Source: Lama guanicoe | Taxonomy: Eukaryota | Reading direction: 5' to 3' | NCBI GenBank assembly: GCA_013239625.1 | Contig: MU054575.1 | Coordinates: 185,687 to 249,686 of the forward strand | DNA length: 64,000 nt | In this document: one piece after another, positions 1 to 9,065 of the stretch | Layout of the letters: the number at the start of each line of letters is the position of its first letter | Position numbering within the stretch: position 1 is the stretch's first letter | Notes under the pieces: generated by a model | Databases searched by the model: none | What the model was told of the DNA's origin: nothing | Seen by the model: only the letters and a program-made list of their open reading frames with translations | Translations under genes and position numbers: made by a program

Positions 1-1110
1 CCCCCCCCGAGAACTCCCACTCACTCCGCCCCGCCCGCCTCGCCTAATCTGGTCTCCCCAGTGCCCTTGACTCCCCTGGGTGCTGTCCTGTCTACCATGC
101 CAGTCCCAGAGGTGAGCGGTGAGGGCGTACAGTGTCCCCAAGTGCCGGGGGCCCTCCCGCACCAGCCCCTGGGCCGCAGTGCCTCGTGGGAACGGCGCGT
201 CCGCAGGCCAGGCCCCCAGCAGCCTCCTTGCTGCGGGAATCTCTCAGGGGCCCACCCTGCGGCCACCGCTCCCTCCAGGTGACAACCCGCTGCGGTTCCC
301 CGCGCACTGCTCCTTCTGTCCCTTTCTCCAGCCCTCGAGGCTCCGGCTCAGGCCGTGGGAGGCCTGGACGGAGCCGCTCCTGTACCTTCTCCTAAATGAA
401 TTGCAGTGGGTGAGGTGGCGGCTGGGGACCCTGCGGTCCTGAGTCCCCTGCCTCGTCCTGTCCGACCCGGGCCTGGAATGCCCCCGCAAGTGCTGGATCT
501 CTGCGGCCCCCTGACACCTCCCTCGCTGGCAGCCCTTCCTCTTCTCCCCGCTACTCTCTCGAAATGCTCTTCCTGCCTGGGACGGCCTGCGGCCCCCAGC
601 CTGCCTGGTCTCAGCTCCCCCTGAGACGGTGTCCCCTGTGCTGCCTGCCCTGCCATCATCCCCGCTCTGCCGGGCAGTCTCCCGCTTCACCTCGCCGGCC
701 TTGCTCCCAGAGCCTCCTGGTGCAGAGGCCAGTGGAGCAAGGCCCAGGGAGGGGAAGGGGACTCACCTGGCCCGGCAGACCGCTGTCTCCACCTGCCCAC
801 GGCTGCCAGCTACACCGCCACGGCCCCTGGCCCCGGGGCGCACCACTCTCCAACTGCCCCTGTCCACCAGCCGCCACGACCTGAAACCAGAATTGACCGG
901 GATGAATGTCTGGCTCCCCCCTCTTCCTCCTGCACCCCCGGCTTGGGCCCCTCACTCTCCAGCCGATGCTATCCTGCCTCCTGGGCACCTGGGAGCCCGC
1001 ACCTCGTCCCCACCAGGCTCCCAGGTGCCCGCCAGCCCTGCCCAAGCCAGCCCCTCAGCCCCTCTCCGCTCCTGCCAGACTCCAGATTCCAAGGTGATCC
1101 TGGGCCCAGG
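1..1110 (-). ncRNA. H19: H19 imprinted lncRNA, most of exon 1 (its 3' end and the downstream exons lie left of the window; the TSS-proximal part is not seen adjacent)
   Basis: The reverse complement contains blocks matching human H19 exon 1 as I recall it: GAGACCAGAtTAGGCGAGGCGGGCGGGGCGGAGTGA (21-56), CCACCTCACCCACtGCAATTCATTTAG (~392-418), GGGGAGCCAGaCATTCATCCCGGTCA (~894-919) and CACCTTGGAATCTGGAGTCTGGCAGGAG (~1069-1096). The miR-675 hairpin is in the expected position and ICR-type CTCF repeats lie upstream. Confidence 0.95.
105..173 (-). ncRNA. MIR675: pre-miR-675 hairpin within H19 exon 1 (5p about 164-142; 3p 132-113)
   Basis: Minus strand reads CCCAGGGGCUGGUGCGGGAGGGCCCCCGGCACUUGGGGACACUGUACGCCCUCACCGCUCACCUCUGGG. 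The 5p arm begins UGGUGCGG. The 3p arm CUGUACGCCCUCACCGCUCA differs by 1 nt from human CUGUAUGCCCUCACCGCUCA. Confidence 0.92.
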
Positions 1111-1226
1111 CACACACCAGCCGATGCTGCCTCCTGGGCACCTGGGAGCCCGCACCTCGTCCCCACCAGGCTCCCAGGTGCCCGCCAGCCCTGCCCAAGC
1201 CAGCCCCTCAGCCCCTCTCCGCTCCT
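961..1226. repeat. Direct duplication of about 110 bp (961-1073 and 1119-1226), each copy with a perfect 15-bp inverted repeat
   Basis: Seen directly: gggcacctgggagcc-N18-ggctcccaggtgccc at 983-1030 and 1136-1183, with shared flanks. Confidence 0.9.
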
Positions 1227-2202
1227 CTCCTGCAACCGTGCTTGGGGCCACCACAAAGCCCACCTCCGCCGGCTCGGTCTAGCGCACGTTCCTCGCCTGT
1301 CCTGGAATTCTCCAAAGAGGGCCTTCCCCGCACCCCTCCTTTGGCATCCTGTACACAGGGCTTGGCATTGTCCCCAAGCCTCCCCTCCCCCCTTCCCCGG
1401 GTTGAAACGGTCATGTCCCCTCAGGGCGGACCGTGCCGTGCAGGCGGCTCCCCGCCCAGCCCCCACCGGGCGCACACTCTGCCCTTGGATGGAAGTCCTA
1501 GCTGGGGCCCCAGGGGCTCAAGTGAGACTTGGGGACGCCTTCTGCCACCACCACGGCTGAGACCGCATTTTACCCCAAGGTCCCAGGGTCCACGGAGAGG
1601 TCCCGCGGGGTGCGCTGGGGGGTCGGGGCTCAGGCTGGGCCCGAGAAAGTGCCCGAGGTCTGCCTGTGTCAGGTGGGCGCCAGCGCCCAGCTCCAGGACC
1701 GTCTAGTTGATGGTGCCTATTGCAAGCACAGCAGGTTTTATGTGGTGGGCTCCCCGTTGTGGCCGGGGCGCCTCGTCCCCTCGCCACCGCGGTCCGTCGT
1801 CTGGACGCGGCACGCCTGCCGTGTCCTGCAGCTCACGGGTGCGCTCTGGTGACAAGCCGTGCAGCCTCACAGCCCTGCCGTGGCCGCCCTATGCACCGCC
1901 GCCCGGAACACGCTGCCGTTCAGTCAGAACAAAGACCTGTGAGCTTCGAGCCCGCCCAGCTACCCCTGGATACCCCGTCCTTGGGGCGGTCACCTTGGCC
2001 TTGAGGGGGTGGGGGGAACTGGGACCCTACAGTCCAAAGGGCTGGGCCACCAAATCTAGGGTGCTGCTGCCATTGGGTGAGGTCACATCTAAACAAGGGA
2101 CCTCGAGCTTTACAGGGTCCCCCGCACCTCGGAGAGAGCCTTGGGGAGACCCTGCTCCTGGGAAGCGCGTGAAGTGCTGCGTGTCCCCTGCCAAACCTGA
2201 GA

Positions 2203-2368
2203 GCCAGCTTTTGCCATGGGTGAACCCCCAAGTTTACAGTGGAAAACCCAGCCTTTGCTATGGGTGAACCCCACATTTACATTCGGAAAACCCCAGGCTT
2301 TGCTATGAGTGGACCCCCAAACTTATTGTGGGAAAACCCAGCCTTTGTCATGGGAGGAGCCCCAAGCT
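2203..2368. repeat. Minisatellite, ~45-bp unit x ~3.7 (ccagcctttgctatgggtgaacccc...ttaca...ggaaaac)
   Basis: Four imperfect units are visible between the promoter region and the first CTCF site. Confidence 0.85.
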
Positions 2369-2446
2369 GGGAAGAGGTAGACCCCCACGTCTGGCCGTGA
2401 GCAGACCGCAGCCTCGGCCAACCTGGCAGTGATGTCCGAGCCTGCG

Positions 2447-2463
2447 CTGCCGCCTCGCGGCCG
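2447..2463 (-). promoter_or_regulatory. ICR CTCF site (CCGCGAGGCGGCAG) with ZFP57 hexamer
   Basis: ctgccgcctcgcggccg in B-repeat context. Confidence 0.85.
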
Positions 2464-2870
2464 CCTCTGGCCCCACACCCACGGCTGCTTGGTGCCACTC
2501 GGTGCGAACGGCCTGTGGTACTGGCCCAAGGCGAGGAGAAGAGACCCCCACAATCCTCTTGCGCTCGGCAGGGCAGCACCCAATACCCTGCTGCTGGAGG
2601 CCCGTGGGAAGGGTCTCCCTCTGAAGCCGAATGCACGTAGCCCGAGGTGTGGGGAGGACTCATTGCTCCCAAGTGCCCCCTCTCCTCTCCGTAACTTCAA
2701 CAGTGCAGCCGAGGGTGACTCAGATGGGGTGACCTGGGATGGCTCGGATGAGCGCCCCATCTTGCTGATGGTCCTTGTGAACCACGCGGTATCCGGCCGG
2801 GTTGGACCCGGCACGCCGTGCAAGTGGATCCCGGTCCCGGCCACCCAGGTCAGAGATGTCCGAGCCTGCA

Positions 2871-2887
2871 CTGCCGCCTCGCGGCCG
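2871..2887 (-). promoter_or_regulatory. ICR CTCF site (CCGCGAGGCGGCAG)
   Basis: ctgccgcctcgcggccg in B-repeat context. Confidence 0.85.
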
Positions 2888-3339
2888 CTTCCATCTTCAC
2901 ATCCACAACCACTTAGCATTGTTTAGGGGCGCGAACAGCTCACAGGGTGGCCCCTCATGCAGGGGGCGGTTCCCAGGGCCCAGTACTGCCGGTGGCCTGT
3001 GCGGCAGGTGTCCCTCCGGAGCTTGGGCTGTGACTCTCGGGTCCCATCGTGTCCTCATCACTCCAGGACACGGGGCCCCACTATTCCCGTATCCCCTCTC
3101 ACCCCATGGCCTTGGACACACGGGGCCATGACCCTAGCGGCAGTGGGACCCACCCCCAGCAGCACATGGGCTCCAGGGCAGACCCACGGTGCTCTATCTG
3201 GGAAACGCACCTCCACGGGCTCGTGAGGTCCCGGAGCACAGCGTGAGGAAGTGACTGGCCACAGAGCACGCTTGCCCGTCGAGATCCCCACCTTTAATGG
3301 TCCCTAGGCACTAGGGTGCCCCTGCACCCTACATTGGTG

Positions 3340-3393
3340 GCGGCACTTGCGCGAACCGCCGCCCTGCCGCGGCAGAACCCGGAGGCAGCGGCA
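3340..3393. promoter_or_regulatory. Cluster of four ZFP57 (TGCCGC) motifs; repeated at 5587-5640, 6535-6588 and 8613-8666
   Basis: gcggca (3340), palindromic tgccgcggca (3365-3374, two overlapping motifs), gcggca (3388). Confidence 0.75.
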
Positions 3394-3399
3394 GCTGCC

Positions 3400-3482
3400 T
3401 GGGCCCTAGCCCGGGCTTTTTCTAGCTGGAGCAGCCCCGCCCAGAGTTCCCGCCCCTGCTCCGCCAGCCAATCAGAGCGGGG
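3400..3482 (-). promoter_or_regulatory. H19: H19 core promoter (TATA-like TAGAAAAA 3424-3417, GC boxes 3435-3456 incl. E2F-like TTCCCGCC, CCAAT 3468-3472)
   Basis: ctagcccgggctttttctagctggag...ccccgcccagagttcccgcccctgc...gccaatcagagc matches the conserved human/mouse H19 minimal promoter as I recall it. It is directly followed by the H19 upstream sequence (ctggaattctccaaaga...). Confidence 0.8.
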
Positions 3483-4450
3483 ACCGTGCTTGGGGCCACC
3501 ACAAAGCCCACCTCCGCCGGCTCGGTCTAGCGCACGTTCCTCGCCTGTCCTGGAATTCTCCAAAGAGGGCCTTCCCCGCACCCCTCCTTTGGCATCCTGT
3601 ACACAGGGCTTGGCATTGTCCCCAAGCCTCCCCTCCCCCCTTCCCCGGGTTGAAACGGTCATGTCCCCTCAGGGCGGACCGTGCCGTGCAGGCGGCTCCC
3701 CGCCCAGCCCCCACCGGGCGCACACTCTGCCCTTGGATGGAAGTCCTAGCTGGGGCCCCAGGGGCTCAAGTGAGACTTGGGGACGCCTTCTGCCACCACC
3801 ACGGCTGAGACCGCATTTTACCCCAAGGTCCCAGGGTCCACGGAGAGGTCCCGCGGGGTGCGCTGGGGGGTCGGGGCTCAGGCTGGGCCCGAGAAAGTGC
3901 CCGAGGTCTGCCTGTGTCAGGCGGGCGCCAGCGCCCAGCTCCAGGACCGTCTAGTTGATGGTGCCTATCGCAAGCACAGCAGGTTTTATGTGGTGGGCTC
4001 CCCGTTGTGGCCGGGGCGCCTCGTCCCCTCGCCACCGCGGTCCGTCGTCTGGACGCGGCACGCCTGCCGTGTCCTGCAGCTCACGGGTGCGCTCTGGTGA
4101 CAAGCCGTGCAGCCTCACAGCCCTGCCGTGGCCGCCCTATGCACCGCCGCCCGGAACACGCTGCCGTTCAGTCAGAACAAAGACCTGTGAGCTTCGAGCC
4201 CGCCCAGCTACCCCTGGATACCCCGTCCTTGGGGCGGTCACCTTGGCCTTGAGGGGGTGGGGGGAACTGGGACCCTACAGTCCAAAGGGCTGGGCCACCA
4301 AATCTAGGGTGCTGCTGCCATTGGGTGAGGTCACATCTAAACAAGGGACCTCGAGCTTTACAGGGTCCCCCGCACCTCGGAGAGAGCCTTGGGGAGACCC
4401 TGCTCCTGGGAAGCGCGTGAAGTGCTGCGTGTCCCCTGCCAAACCTGAGA

Positions 4451-4616
4451 GCCAGCTTTTGCCATGGGTGAACCCCCAAGTTTACAGTGGAAAACCCAGC
4501 CTTTGCTATGGGTGAACCCCACATTTACATTCGGAAAACCCCAGGCTTTGCTATGAGTGGACCCCCAAACTTATTGTGGGAAAACCCAGCCTTTGTCATG
4601 GGAGGAGCCCCAAGCT
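4451..4616. repeat. Second copy of the ~45-bp minisatellite (part of the 2248-bp duplication)
   Basis: Same sequence as 2203-2368 at offset 2248. Confidence 0.85.
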
Positions 4617-4694
4617 GGGAAGAGGTAGACCCCCACGTCTGGCCGTGAGCAGACCGCAGCCTCGGCCAACCTGGCAGTGATGTCCGAGCCTGCG

Positions 4695-4711
4695 CTGCCG
4701 CCTCGCGGCCG
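4695..4711 (-). promoter_or_regulatory. ICR CTCF site (duplicate of 2447)
   Basis: ctgccgcctcgcggccg. Confidence 0.8.
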
Positions 4712-5118
4712 CCTCTGGCCCCACACCCACGGCTGCTTGGTGCCACTCGGTGCGAACGGCCTGTGGTACTGGCCCAAGGCGAGGAGAAGAGACCCCCACA
4801 ATCCTCTTGCGCTCGGCAGGGCAGCACCCAATACCCTGCTGCTGGAGGCCCGTGGGAAGGGTCTCCCTCTGAAGCCGAATGCACGTAGCCCGAGGTGTGG
4901 GGAGGACTCATTGCTCCCAAGTGCCCCCTCTCCTCTCCGTAACTTCAACAGTGCAGCCGAGGGTGACTCAGATGGGGTGACCTGGGATGGCTCGGATGAG
5001 CGCCCCATCTTGCTGATGGTCCTTGTGAACCACGCGGTATCCGGCCGGGTTGGACCCGGCACGCCGTGCAAGTGGATCCCGGTCCCGGCCACCCAGGTCA
5101 GAGATGTCCGAGCCTGCA

Positions 5119-5135
5119 CTGCCGCCTGGCGGCCA
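5119..5135 (-). promoter_or_regulatory. ICR CTCF site (CCGCCAGGCGGCAG)
   Basis: ctgccgcctggcggcca. Confidence 0.85.
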
Positions 5136-5650
5136 CTTCTGTCTCCTCACCACAATTGCTCGGCACTGTTTGGGGGCGCGACCAGCTCGCAGGGTGGCCC
5201 CTCGTGCAGGGGGCGGTTCCCAGGGCCCAGTACTGCCGGTGGCCTGTGCGGCAGGTGTCCCTCCGGAGCTTGGGCTGTGACTCTCGGGTCCCATCGTGTC
5301 CTCATCACTCCAGGACACGGGGCCCCACTATTCCCGTATCCCCTCTCACCCCATGGCCTTGGACACACGGGGCCATGACCCTAGCGGCAGTGGGACCCAC
5401 CCCCAGCAGCACATGGGCTCCAGGGCAGACCCACGGTGCTCTATCTGGGAAACGCACCTCCACGGGCTCGTGAGGTCCCGGAGCACAGCGTGAGGAAGTG
5501 ACTGGCCACAGAGCACGCTTGCCCGTCGAGATCCCCACCTTTAATGGTCCCTAGGCACTAGGGTGCCCCTGCACCCTACATTGGTGGCGGCACTTGCGCG
5601 AACCGCCGCCCTGCCGCGGCAGAACCCGGAGGCAGCGGCACGCCCAGATC

Positions 5651-5690
5651 TTTAGCATCTCAAACACCAGAACTGCATGGAGATGTTAAT
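5651..5690. promoter_or_regulatory. Dyad octamer (OCT/POU) element of ICR A-type repeat, copy 1
   Basis: tttagcat (rc ATGCTAAA) at 5651-5658 and atgttaat at 5683-5690, resembling the dyad Oct-binding sequence known in mouse/human ICR1. Confidence 0.75.
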
Positions 5691-6066
5691 GACTGGCTGT
5701 TAGGGTCTGAGGTTCACACTGAAGGCAGATTTGGGCTCAGTAAAAAGCCCGGAGTTCTGGAGTACCGCCTTTGGTGTGCCGCCGTCCTCGTACCTGGCAG
5801 GCGTGACGTGGGACCCACACCGCGGGACCTCAGACGGGGACCCATGGCTGAAGCTGCGATGTGGCCCGACCTGGGGACTGGGGTAGCACGGACGAGCGCC
5901 CCATGTCCCTGAAGTCCCTCGTGGACCACCGCGGTATCTGGCTTGAGCGGACCCAGGAGGCTGTGCGGGTGGACCTGTAATGCTGTGCGAGTGGATCCGG
6001 GACGCTGTTCGGACAGACCCGGGACACCACGCGGGTGAACCCCAGCTGAAGATGTGTGAGCCTGCA

Positions 6067-6083
6067 CTGCCGCCTGGCGGCCA
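6067..6083 (-). promoter_or_regulatory. ICR CTCF site (CCGCCAGGCGGCAG)
   Basis: gatgtgtgagcctgcactgccgcctggcggccacttc, the closest match to the human B-repeat as I recall it. Confidence 0.88.
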
Positions 6084-6598
6084 CTTCTGTCTCCTCACCA
6101 CAATTGCTCGGCACTGTTTGGGGGTGCGACCAGCTCACAGGGTGGCCCCTCGTGCAGGGGGCGGTTCCCAGGGCCCAGTACTGCCGGTGGCCTGTGCGGC
6201 AGGTGTCCCTCCGGAGCTTGGGCTGTGACTCTCGGGTCCCATCGTGTCCTCATCACTCCAGGACACGGGGCCCCACTATTCCCGTATCCCCTCTCACCCC
6301 ATGGCCTTGGACACACGGGGCCATGACCCTAGCGGCGGTGGGACCCACCCCCAGCAGCACATGGGCTCCAGGGCAGACCCACGGTGCTCTATCTGGGAAA
6401 CGCACCTCCACGGGCTCGTGAGGTCCCGGAGCACAGCGTGAGGAAGTGACTGGCCACAGAGCACGCTTGCCCGTCGAGATCCCCACCTTTAATGGTCCCT
6501 AGGCACTAGGGTGCCCCTGCACCCTACATTGGTGGCGGCATTTGCGCGAACCGCCGCCCTGCCGCGGCAGAACCCGGAGGCAGCGGCACACCCAGATC

Positions 6599-6638
6599 TT
6601 TAGCATCTCAAACACCAGAACTGCATGGAGATGTTAAT
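6599..6638. promoter_or_regulatory. Dyad octamer element, copy 2
   Basis: Identical to 5651-5690 at offset 948. Confidence 0.75.
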
Positions 6639-6970
6639 GACTGGCTGTTAGGGTCTGAGGTTCACACCGAAGGCAGATTTGGGCTCAGTAAAAAGCCCGG
6701 AGTTCTGGAGTACCGCCTTTGGTGTGCCGCCGTCCTCGTACCTGGCAGGCGTGACGTGGGACCCACACCGCGGGACCTCAGACGGGGACCCATGGCTGAA
6801 GCTGCGATGTGGCCCGACCTGGGGACTGGGGTGGCTCGGACGAGTGCCTCATCTCTCTGATGACCCTCGTGGACCACTGCGGTATCTGGCGTGAGCGGAT
6901 CCGGGATGCCGCTAGCGTGGACCCCGGACGCTGTGTGGGCGAACCCCGGTCGATGATGTGTGAGCCAGCA

Positions 6971-6987
6971 CTGCCGCCTCGCGGCCG
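6971..6987 (-). promoter_or_regulatory. ICR CTCF site (CCGCGAGGCGGCAG)
   Basis: gatgtgtgagccagcactgccgcctcgcggccg. Confidence 0.85.
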
Positions 6988-7352
6988 CTGCTGTCTTTAC
7001 ACAGACAACAACCCAGCACCTTTCAGAGGTGCAGTGGGCCAGTGGGGTTGGCCGAAGACCAAGGGGAGAGACCCTGAAATACTTTTGCATTGGGCAAGGC
7101 AGCCCCCAGGACCCCTGGGCTGCTGGAGTCCCTGTGGGAAGGGTTTCCTTCTGGACCTGGTCTCCTGTCCCTGGACTTCCATCCCCTGGGCTCCCAGCCA
7201 GGTTCACTCCAGGGCAATGGGATGGCTGGATGAGCGCCCCATCTTGCTGATGGTCCTTGTGAACCACGCGGTATCCGGCCGGGTTGGACCCGGCACGCCG
7301 TGCAAGTGGATCCCGGTCACGGCCACCCAGGTCAGAGATGTCCGAGCCTGCA

Positions 7353-7369
7353 CTGCCGCCTGGCGGCCA
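7353..7369 (-). promoter_or_regulatory. ICR CTCF site (copy of 5119 module)
   Basis: ctgccgcctggcggcca; close to the assembly gap. Confidence 0.7.
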
Positions 7370-7758
7370 CTTCTGTCTCCTCACCACAATTGCTCGGCAC
7401 TGTTTGGGGGCGCGACCAGCTCGCAGGGTGGCCCCTCGTGCAGGGGGCGGTTCCCAGGGCCCAGTACTGCCGGTGGCCTGTGCGGCAGGTGTCCCTCCGG
7501 AGCTTGGGCTGTGACTCTCGGGTCCCATCGTGTCCTCATCACTCCAGGACACGGGGCCCCACTATTCCCGTATCCCCTCTCACCCCATGGCCTTGGACAC
7601 ACGGGGCCATGACCCTAGCGGCGGTGGGACCACTCGTGAGGTAGCACAGCGTGAGGAAGTGACTGGCCACAGAGCACGCTTGCCCGTCGAGATCCCCACC
7701 TTTAATGGTCCCTAGGCACTAGGGTGCCCCTGCACCCTACATTGGTGGCGGCGCGGCA

Positions 7759-8230
7759 NNNNNNNNNNNNNNNNNNNNNNNNNNNNNNNNNNNNNNNNNN
7801 NNNNNNNNNNNNNNNNNNNNNNNNNNNNNNNNNNNNNNNNNNNNNNNNNNNNNNNNNNNNNNNNNNNNNNNNNNNNNNNNNNNNNNNNNNNNNNNNNNNN
7901 NNNNNNNNNNNNNNNNNNNNNNNNNNNNNNNNNNNNNNNNNNNNNNNNNNNNNNNNNNNNNNNNNNNNNNNNNNNNNNNNNNNNNNNNNNNNNNNNNNNN
8001 NNNNNNNNNNNNNNNNNNNNNNNNNNNNNNNNNNNNNNNNNNNNNNNNNNNNNNNNNNNNNNNNNNNNNNNNNNNNNNNNNNNNNNNNNNNNNNNNNNNN
8101 NNNNNNNNNNNNNNNNNNNNNNNNNNNNNNNNNNNNNNNNNNNNNNNNNNNNNNNNNNNNNNNNNNNNNNNNNNNNNNNNNNNNNNNNNNNNNNNNNNNN
8201 NNNNNNNNNNNNNNNNNNNNNNNNNNNNNN
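7759..8230. other. Assembly gap (472 N)
   Basis: Run of N. Confidence 1.
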
Positions 8231-8676
8231 TGCAGGGGGCGGTTCCCAGGGCCCAGTACTGCCGGTGGCCTGTGCGGCAGGTGTCCCTCCGGAGCTTGGG
8301 CTGTGACTCTCGGGTCCCATCGTGTCCTCATCACTCCAGGACACGGGGCCCCACTATTCCCGTATCCCCTCTCACCCCATGGCCTTGGACACACGGGGCC
8401 ATGACCCTAGCGGCGGTGGGACCCACCCCCAGCAGCACATGGGCTCCAGGGCAGACCCACGGTGCTCTATCTGGGAAACGCACCTCCACGGGCTCGTGAG
8501 GTCCCGGAGCACAGCGTGAGGAAGTGACTGGCCACAGAGCACGCTTGCCCGTCGAGATCCCCACCTTTAATGGTCCCTAGGCACTAGGGTGCCCCTGCAC
8601 CCTACATTGGTGGCGGCACTTGCGCGAACCGCCGCCCTGCCGCGGCAGAACCCGGAGGCAGCGGCACGCCCAGATC

Positions 8677-8716
8677 TTTAGCATCTCAAACACCAGAACT
8701 GCATGGAGATGTTAAT
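8677..8716. promoter_or_regulatory. Dyad octamer element, copy 3
   Basis: Identical sequence after the gap. Confidence 0.7.
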
Positions 8717-9048
8717 GACTGGCTGTTAGGGTCTGAGGTTCACACTGAAGGCAGATTTGGGCTCAGTAAAAAGCCCGGAGTTCTGGAGTACCGCCTTTGG
8801 TGTGCCGCCGTCCTCGTACCTGGCAGGCGTGACGTGGGACCCACACCGCGGGACCTCAGACGGGGACCCATGGCTGAAGCTGCGATGTGGCCCGACCTGG
8901 GGACTGGGGTGGCTCGGACGAGTGCCTCATCTCTCTGATGACCCTCGTGGACCACTGCGGTATCTGGCGTGAGCGGACCCGGGATGCCGCTAGCGTGGAC
9001 CCCGGACGCTGTGTGGGCGAACCCCGCTCGATGATGTGTGAGCCAGCA

Positions 9049-9065
9049 CTGCCGCCTCGCGGCCG
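9049..9065 (-). promoter_or_regulatory. ICR CTCF site (copy of 6971 module)
   Basis: ctgccgcctcgcggccg. Confidence 0.8.

Larger units (their letters stand above)
1235..5640. repeat. Near-identical 2248-bp-period duplication of H19 upstream promoter region plus proximal ICR (1235-3393 vs 3483-5640)
   Basis: Offset 2248 is also visible in the duplicated ORFs. By eye the copies differ at 1674/3922 and 1721/3969 (both T vs C at a CpG) and in one divergent ~80-bp block (2879-2958 vs 5127-5205). Confidence 0.95.
5111..6832. repeat. 948-bp-period tandem repeat (CTCF site + ZFP57 cluster + octamer dyad): 5111-5884 vs 6059-6832
   Basis: About 770 bp near-identical at offset 948. Confidence 0.9.

Noticed and set aside
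2955-2970. Secondary CTCF-like motif tgcagggggcgg in each X module, and other partial CTCF matches (e.g. ~16390, ~20685, ~24423, ~34882)
   Set aside because: Each departs from the CTCF core consensus, and such matches are common at this GC content.
7702-8404. ORFs of 210-230 aa
   Set aside because: Artefacts of translating the N gap.
2430-9065. Conserved ~35-bp repeats with variable spacers (CRISPR-like appearance)
   Set aside because: This is mammalian DNA, the spacers are hundreds of bp and themselves repeated, and the repeat is the ICR CTCF element.
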